Source: a virus (taxonomy: Duplodnaviria; Heunggongvirae; Uroviricota; Caudoviricetes). Taken from it: DNA of 9,421 bases. A program made the position numbers and the translations under genes. Shown here in pieces: positions 5,580 through 9,421 of this stretch. Where the stretch lies: the IMG/VR virus record IMGVR_UViG_2648501400_000007; one strand, given 5' to 3'. The notes under the pieces were generated by a model. It was given only the letters and a program-made list of their open reading frames with translations, was not told where the DNA came from and made no database searches. Positions within the stretch are counted from its first letter, which is position 1, and every line of letters begins with the position of its first letter.

Positions 5580-8530
5580 CAGCGGTACTCCTTACGTTGT
5601 TTCTGAGCCAGCAGACGCTCCAGCATTTTTTCCAGCTCATGCAGACTCATATTCAGGGCACCAGTCAGTCCTGCAGGCGCTGTGGTTTCTCTGCCATTGA
5701 GGAAAAACTGAGGATTAAAGCTGACCTGGATACCACCAGACGTTCCACCGCCGGTTGCAACTGCACCACGGCCTGAATATCCGGCAGCCAGGATTTCAGG
5801 CGAGGGGATACGGGGAACATCCGGTGTCATCTCATTTGCCAGACGTTGCCCTGGTAAAATCGATGCCCGGGTGGAGAGCGGGATAGCGGGCATGGAAGAC
5901 AAACTATTGATTACGGCTCCGATCGCATTTTTAGCAGACGACATAAACCCGTTGATATCGGGCAACGGCATACTGAAGCGAACACCTGAAGTGTTATCCC
6001 GTATTTCTGGCCCCTGAATGCTCACGGGCATTCTGGGGAGCAGTTCACTGGCCATTCGCTGCCCGGCCAGAGCTGCAAGCGGAGTGGTCCGCTGCAGGCC
6101 AATGGCGGCCCCCTGCGCGATATTGTCACCAAAGCCCATAAACACGCGGCTCGGCGAATGAATACCCAGCTTTTCACTGAACCAGCCACTGATGCTGTCA
6201 CCCATTCCGGTTACACTGGATTTGAGCGACTCCCATTTGTTTTTGATACCGTTAATCAGACCGTCGACAAGATGGCCACCGAAGTCGGTGAACTTTGCCG
6301 GCAGATCAACACCAAGATATTTCAGCGCAGCTGCAAAGGCTTTATAGAGCAGACCTGCCGGCGACCAGTTAATCAGCAGCTTACCAGTTCCCGCGATACC
6401 GCCGTTAAAGGCTTCCTGAATGTCAGCCCAGCACTGTTTAAACCAGCTACTGATGCTGTCACCCATTCCGGTTACACTGGATTTGAGCGACCCCCATTTG
6501 TTTTTGATACCGTTAATCAGACCGTCGATAAGATGGCCACCGAAGTCGGTGAACTTTGCCGGCAGAGCAACGCCGAAATATTTCAGCGCAGCCGCAAAGG
6601 CTTTATAGAGCAGGCCTGCCGGCGACCAGTTAATCAGTAACTTACCAATTCCCACAATGCCGCCGTTAAAGGCTTCCTGAATGTCTGCCCAGCGCTGTTT
6701 AAACCAGCCACTGACTGCCCCCCAGTTGCGGTAGATAAGGTAAGCTGCTGCCGCGACAGCGGTGATAACGAGACCGATGGGATTCATCATCAGCGCACGT
6801 CCAATCCAGAGAACAGCACGTCCGGCGAGCATAATTCCGCGAACCAGCCCCCCGGAGAGCACGCCACTCAGTGTTCTGGCTCCTCTGGCGACGGCGCTAA
6901 ATCCGGTCACCAGCCAGCGGAGCTTACCGCCTTGCCCCAGTGCGAGCGACAGACGAAGCCAGTTGGCCCGAAGTAAAACAGCATTTTTCCAGACACTTAC
7001 AAAGGGGGAAATAAGGAGATTCAGCCCCAGTTTGAGACCAACAGTCGCTATCTTAATCGCAAGGAGCGCACTGATGAGCTTAAAAGCCCCACTGACAAAT
7101 TGCGGGTGAGTCGCTACCCAGTGTTTTGCCCCCTGAATGAGTGGAAGCAGTTCCTGAGTCAAAGAAATAAAAGATGGAGCTAATTGATCGCCCAGCGTAA
7201 TTGCCAGATCGCGACTGCTGACCATAAGTGTTTTAGTGGCTTCAAGGGGAGATTTCAGCCGCTGATCATAAGCACTGGCAAGCAAATCGTTATCCGCAGC
7301 CCTGAGAGCACCGGCACGGATCTCTCGATATCTGTCCATGTTGGCCAGCATCGGGCGGATAAATGCCATGACCTGCATATCCGCGAACATATCGCCCAGA
7401 CCAAAGTTTTTCGCCAGAGCCTGAAGTGCCTCATCTCTTGCCGTATCATTCTTTATTTTCATGGCTGATTTGAAGCCGGCCAGCGCTTCGGGGCTTTTGG
7501 CATTGAGGTAACGTTCTATAACACTCAACATCCCTTCAATCGGAGAGATCCCCGCAGCTTTATAACTCGCAATAGATCCCTGCAAATCAATACCCAGATC
7601 AGCAAACTGTTTCTGAGTATCGCGGGCAAAAATTTTGGTAAGAAAGTTTTTAAAATTATTGGCTGCTTCGTCGGTGGAACCTGCACCGATTTTTGCTATC
7701 TGGAGACTGGCCCCGATTTCAGCAACAACCTCTTTTCCACTGGCAATACCCGCCATCATTGGGGCCAGGGACTGCATCCACTTGACCTGATCCGGGATTT
7801 CAAATGACCCCTGGTCACCGGCATAAGCCATAATATTCTGAACGGCACCAAAATCTCTGGCCGCACCTTTCAGGGAGTTTTGCCAGACTGCGGCCACTTT
7901 TGCCCAGTCCTGAGCAGACGTGCGTGTTGCCGTTGCCGCGCGGGCAATATCCGGCATCAGAAAACCGATATCTGACACATTATCAATATTGTCGCTGATG
8001 AGTGAACCCACCGCCTCCTGCAGCTCATCCTGATACTGATTGTATTTAAGCGCCCAGCCTTTTATCTGTCCGGCAAGTCCATCCCGCGTTTTATTGTCAT
8101 ATTTTGCGGTGATCGACATATCAATCATTTTGTCCTGAAAAGACATGGACTGCTGAACGGCAGGGGAAACCGTATGATAAACAGTCTGTGCCATGCCATA
8201 CGCTTCAATCCCCTGACCATACAGCGCCATGCGGTTAGCTTTCAGCGCATCACTGGTAGCGGATGCCGCTGACAGACGGCGCTGCTGGCGCTCAATTTGC
8301 TCCATGGTGCGGCTTACCCGCAGCAGCTCGCTGTTGAGATGCTGCATCCGGGAAGAACCCAGTTGACCATAACGTTCTGTTGCACGGGTTAAAGCGTTCT
8401 GACGTTCCTGCAGGCGGCGTGAGGTATCGCTCAGGGAATCAAGCGCACGGCGGGTACCGCTCATTGCAGAACGGAATGTGCTGCCAATCATCCCGCCGAT
8501 AACAACGCCGACTGAAAACTGTCCCGACAT
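5579..8530 (-). CDS. Tail tape measure protein
   Basis: 983-aa ORF, ATG at 8530..8528 preceded by GGAGG. Has a coiled-coil-like N-terminal region, a hydrophobic/glycine-rich central region, and an internal tandem repeat; located directly downstream of the chaperone E/E' pair. Size and composition are typical of myovirus tape measure proteins. Confidence 0.9.
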   Translation of the reverse strand: MSGQFSVGVVIGGMIGSTFRSAMSGTRRALDSLSDTSRRLQERQNALTRATERYGQLGSSRMQHLNSELLRVSRTMEQIERQQRRLSAASATSDALKANRMALYGQGIEAYGMAQTVYHTVSPAVQQSMSFQDKMIDMSITAKYDNKTRDGLAGQIKGWALKYNQYQDELQEAVGSLISDNIDNVSDIGFLMPDIARAATATRTSAQDWAKVAAVWQNSLKGAARDFGAVQNIMAYAGDQGSFEIPDQVKWMQSLAPMMAGIASGKEVVAEIGASLQIAKIGAGSTDEAANNFKNFLTKIFARDTQKQFADLGIDLQGSIASYKAAGISPIEGMLSVIERYLNAKSPEALAGFKSAMKIKNDTARDEALQALAKNFGLGDMFADMQVMAFIRPMLANMDRYREIRAGALRAADNDLLASAYDQRLKSPLEATKTLMVSSRDLAITLGDQLAPSFISLTQELLPLIQGAKHWVATHPQFVSGAFKLISALLAIKIATVGLKLGLNLLISPFVSVWKNAVLLRANWLRLSLALGQGGKLRWLVTGFSAVARGARTLSGVLSGGLVRGIMLAGRAVLWIGRALMMNPIGLVITAVAAAAYLIYRNWGAVSGWFKQRWADIQEAFNGGIVGIGKLLINWSPAGLLYKAFAAALKYFGVALPAKFTDFGGHLIDGLINGIKNKWGSLKSSVTGMGDSISSWFKQCWADIQEAFNGGIAGTGKLLINWSPAGLLYKAFAAALKYLGVDLPAKFTDFGGHLVDGLINGIKNKWESLKSSVTGMGDSISGWFSEKLGIHSPSRVFMGFGDNIAQGAAIGLQRTTPLAALAGQRMASELLPRMPVSIQGPEIRDNTSGVRFSMPLPDINGFMSSAKNAIGAVINSLSSMPAIPLSTRASILPGQRLANEMTPDVPRIPSPEILAAGYSGRGAVATGGGTSGGIQVSFNPQFFLNGRETTAPAGLTGALNMSLHELEKMLERLLAQKQRKEYR
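6181..6717. repeat. 261-bp (87-codon) in-frame tandem duplication inside the tape measure gene: two full units (6181-6441, 6442-6702), roughly 90% identical by eye, plus the first ~15 nt of a third
   Basis: Direct sequence comparison: 'accagc(c/t)actgatgctgtcacccattccggttacactggatttgagcgac...' recurs with period 261. At protein level the block WFKQ(R/C)WADIQEAFNGGI...GMGDSIS is duplicated. Confidence 0.9.
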
Positions 8531-8605
8531 AGTGGTTAACCTCCGGGGAAGGTGAAAAGACGTGAGGGGATAACGCAGAACAGCCGCTACTGGCGGCTGT
8601 CTGTA

Positions 8606-9023
8606 CTATGATTTGTCGCCGTACTCGCTTTTTATTTGCTCTTCAGCCTGCTCCAGCCACATCTCCAGATCGTCAGTATCGAGGGCATCAATCTCCCCCG
8701 GCTGAAACCGGAACCATCTCGCCAGCAGCCCCTGCGCCTGCGTCAGCGCCCTGGTTGCTCTCACCCATCCCCGTGATGAGCTGAAATCGTTTCTGTAACT
8801 GCAGGTAATCAGCCAGATCCATATTGTCGAGATCTTCCGGGAGAAGACCAGTACTGCGGGCAATCAGCGGTTCGTCCCAGTCTGCCGGGTTTTTGCTGAT
8901 TTTGCGCACCTGCTTCAGGTCTTTTACCGTCAGGCGTTTCAGTTCAACCAGCTCAATTCTGGTGCCTGCAGCAGTGGTGAAGGGATAAGACAATTTAAAA
9001 GTATCGGATGGGGTCTGTGACAT
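8606..9023 (-). CDS. Predicted frameshift fusion product of the chaperone (E+E'-like); the E' frame is +1 (equivalently -2) relative to E and is open from 8863 to the stop at 8608..8606
   Basis: Second ORF (track 8606..8863, TTG-initiated, no Shine-Dalgarno) overlaps the last 176 nt of E in another frame and ends 75 nt before the tape measure start. My codon-by-codon comparison shows E' codons begin 1 nt 3' of E codons. Candidate shift site is the G-run in GCC-GGG-GGA (minus strand 8702..8694), three codons before the E stop. Confidence 0.5.
8688..9023 (-). CDS. Tail assembly chaperone (P2 gpE / lambda gpG analogue)
   Basis: 111-aa ORF, ATG at 9023..9021 preceded by AGGAG. Small acidic protein immediately upstream of the tape measure gene with an overlapping second frame, the conserved arrangement of tail chaperone pairs. 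Confidence 0.75.
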   Translation of the reverse strand: MSQTPSDTFKLSYPFTTAAGTRIELVELKRLTVKDLKQVRKISKNPADWDEPLIARSTGLLPEDLDNMDLADYLQLQKRFQLITGMGESNQGADAGAGAAGEMVPVSAGGD

Positions 9024-9091
9024 GATTGTGCTCCTGTGTAAGTTCAGGGCAGTATGTCGGGAGAAGCGCGTGACGGATATTAAAGGAGATT

Positions 9092-9113
9092 AAGAAGAAG
9101 GGGCCGGAGCCCC
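9092..9113 (-). terminator. Candidate intrinsic terminator on the minus strand (GGGGC-tccg-GCCCC followed by TTCTTCTT) between the upstream ORF remnant and the chaperone gene
   Basis: Seen in sequence: GC-rich 5-bp stem at 9100-9113 with a T-rich 3' tail at 9092-9099 (minus-strand sense), 7 nt after the remnant ORF stop codon. The stem is short and the tail is interrupted by C, so it is weak or partial. Confidence 0.3.
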
Positions 9114-9120
9114 TGTGATG

Positions 9121-9324
9121 TCAGCAAGTGCGAAACCCCTTGCAGTTACGCAGGAAAGCGATGAGAAGCGTCTTTCCCTCAGATTTGCCGATGCCGGAGA
9201 ACCAGTGGTCGGGAGGCTCCCATGCTTCAATCAAATCCGCCAGTTTGCGGGCCTTTGAACGTGTGCAGTCAATCGGGTCATTGGTTTTACGGGTATTAAA
9301 AAGGGTTTCCCCCCCCGGAATATC
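9121..9324 (-). pseudogene. 3' remnant (67 codons plus stop) of a gene apparently truncated by the adjacent IS insertion; product unknown (tail tube expected by position but not recognised by sequence)
   Basis: The minus-strand frame is open from the first base outside the IS end (9324) to TGA at 9123..9121, with no in-frame ATG/GTG and only a late TTG: DIPGGETLFNTRKTNDPIDCTRSKARKLADLIEAWEPPDHWFSGIGKSEGKTLLIAFLRNCKGFRTC*. Confidence 0.4.
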
Positions 9325-9421
9325 CTGTCTCTTGATCAGATCTCCTGATCAAGAGACTTCATCACCAGGTAACCCTCAACCATATCCTGAAGTCTGAACC
9401 AGCCATCCCACATGACTACCC
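9325..9421. mobile_element. Terminus of an IS50-family (IS4 family) insertion sequence; element body extends to the right beyond the window
   Basis: 9325-9343 reads CTGTCTCTTGATCAGATCT, which is the 19-bp IS50 inside-end sequence as I remember it, including its two GATC sites. A transposase-like ORF on the minus strand terminates inside this repeat, as in IS50. Sequence diverges from IS50 immediately inside the 19 bp, so it is a relative rather than IS50 itself. Confidence 0.7.
9336..9421 (-). CDS. Transposase, C-terminal 27 codons (IS50/Tn5 Tnp-like), partial; 5' end beyond window
   Basis: Minus-strand translation ...VVMWDGWFRLQDMVEGYLVMKSLDQEI* with stop TGA at 9338..9336 inside the terminal repeat. 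Aligns with the Tn5 transposase C-terminus as I recall it (...WEGWEALQSKLDGFLAAKDLMAQGIKI): W.GW..LQ....G.L..K.L pattern. Confidence 0.6.
   Translation of the reverse strand, partial: VVMWDGWFRLQDMVEGYLVMKSLDQEI

Noticed and set aside
693-8530. Plus-strand ORFs 693..992, 934..1428, 1232..1486, 1894..2367, 1931..2134, 2751..3116, 3902..4456, 4017..4235, 4392..4580, 4588..5088, 5089..5319, 5187..5606, 6158..6640, 6420..6608, 6762..7109, 7184..7468, and minus-strand ORFs 3017..3337, 5033..5239 and 7255..7449
   Set aside because: All are embedded in, and out of frame with or antisense to, longer minus-strand genes that have recognisable tail-protein features and coupled start/stop overlaps. No independent evidence (Shine-Dalgarno, motifs) supports them.
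2346-8530. Type VI secretion system or extracellular contractile injection system (Afp/PVC-like) instead of a phage tail
   Set aside because: The presence of a chaperone pair with overlapping frame, a long tape measure gene, LysM-type X and U-like genes and a repeat-bearing tail fiber, together with the absence of a sheath-recycling ATPase or T6SS membrane complex genes in the window, fits a phage/tailocin tail.
8606-8863. E' frame as an independently translated gene starting at TTG 8863
   Set aside because: No Shine-Dalgarno upstream of the TTG, complete overlap with the 3' part of the chaperone gene, and the conserved chaperone/frameshift architecture make a fusion product more likely. Not fully excluded.
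9311-9318. Homopolymeric C8 tract (G8 on the minus strand) as a phase-variation switch
   Set aside because: It lies inside the start-less gene remnant next to the IS end, so length changes would have no obvious translational consequence; noted only as a potential sequencing-error hotspot.
9128-9397. Plus-strand ORF of 89 aa spanning the remnant/IS junction
   Set aside because: It crosses the IS terminal repeat and is antisense to both the transposase C-terminus and the gene remnant; no ribosome-binding site and Pro/Ser/Arg-rich composition typical of a spurious frame.

Overview
Almost the whole window is one minus-strand operon of contractile-tail (myovirus or tailocin) morphogenesis genes of the P2/Mu type. 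Reading 5'->3' on the minus strand (high to low coordinates): tail assembly chaperone (E-like) with an overlapping E' extension frame, tape measure protein (983 aa), gpU-like tail protein, LysM-type gpX-like protein, baseplate hub (gpD-like), central spike (gpV-like), gpW/gp25-like, baseplate J-like, gpI-like, and the N-terminal 226 codons of a tail fiber gene that runs off the window start. Adjacent genes are translationally coupled by 1-13 nt overlaps. The right edge (9325-9421) is the terminus of an IS50-family insertion sequence carrying the 3' end of its transposase gene; a start-less ORF remnant lies between that IS end and the chaperone gene. No head, lysis, integrase or immunity genes are in the window, so prophage versus tailocin cannot be decided here. 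All plus-strand ORFs in the supplied track lie antisense to these genes and I treat them as artefacts. Product calls rest on my reading of the translated ORFs against remembered family features, not on a database search. I do not see convincing evidence for an entirely new system; the unusual points are a non-canonical (+1/-2) chaperone frameshift geometry, large in-frame tandem repeats in the tape measure and tail fiber genes, and the IS insertion at the operon's upstream edge.
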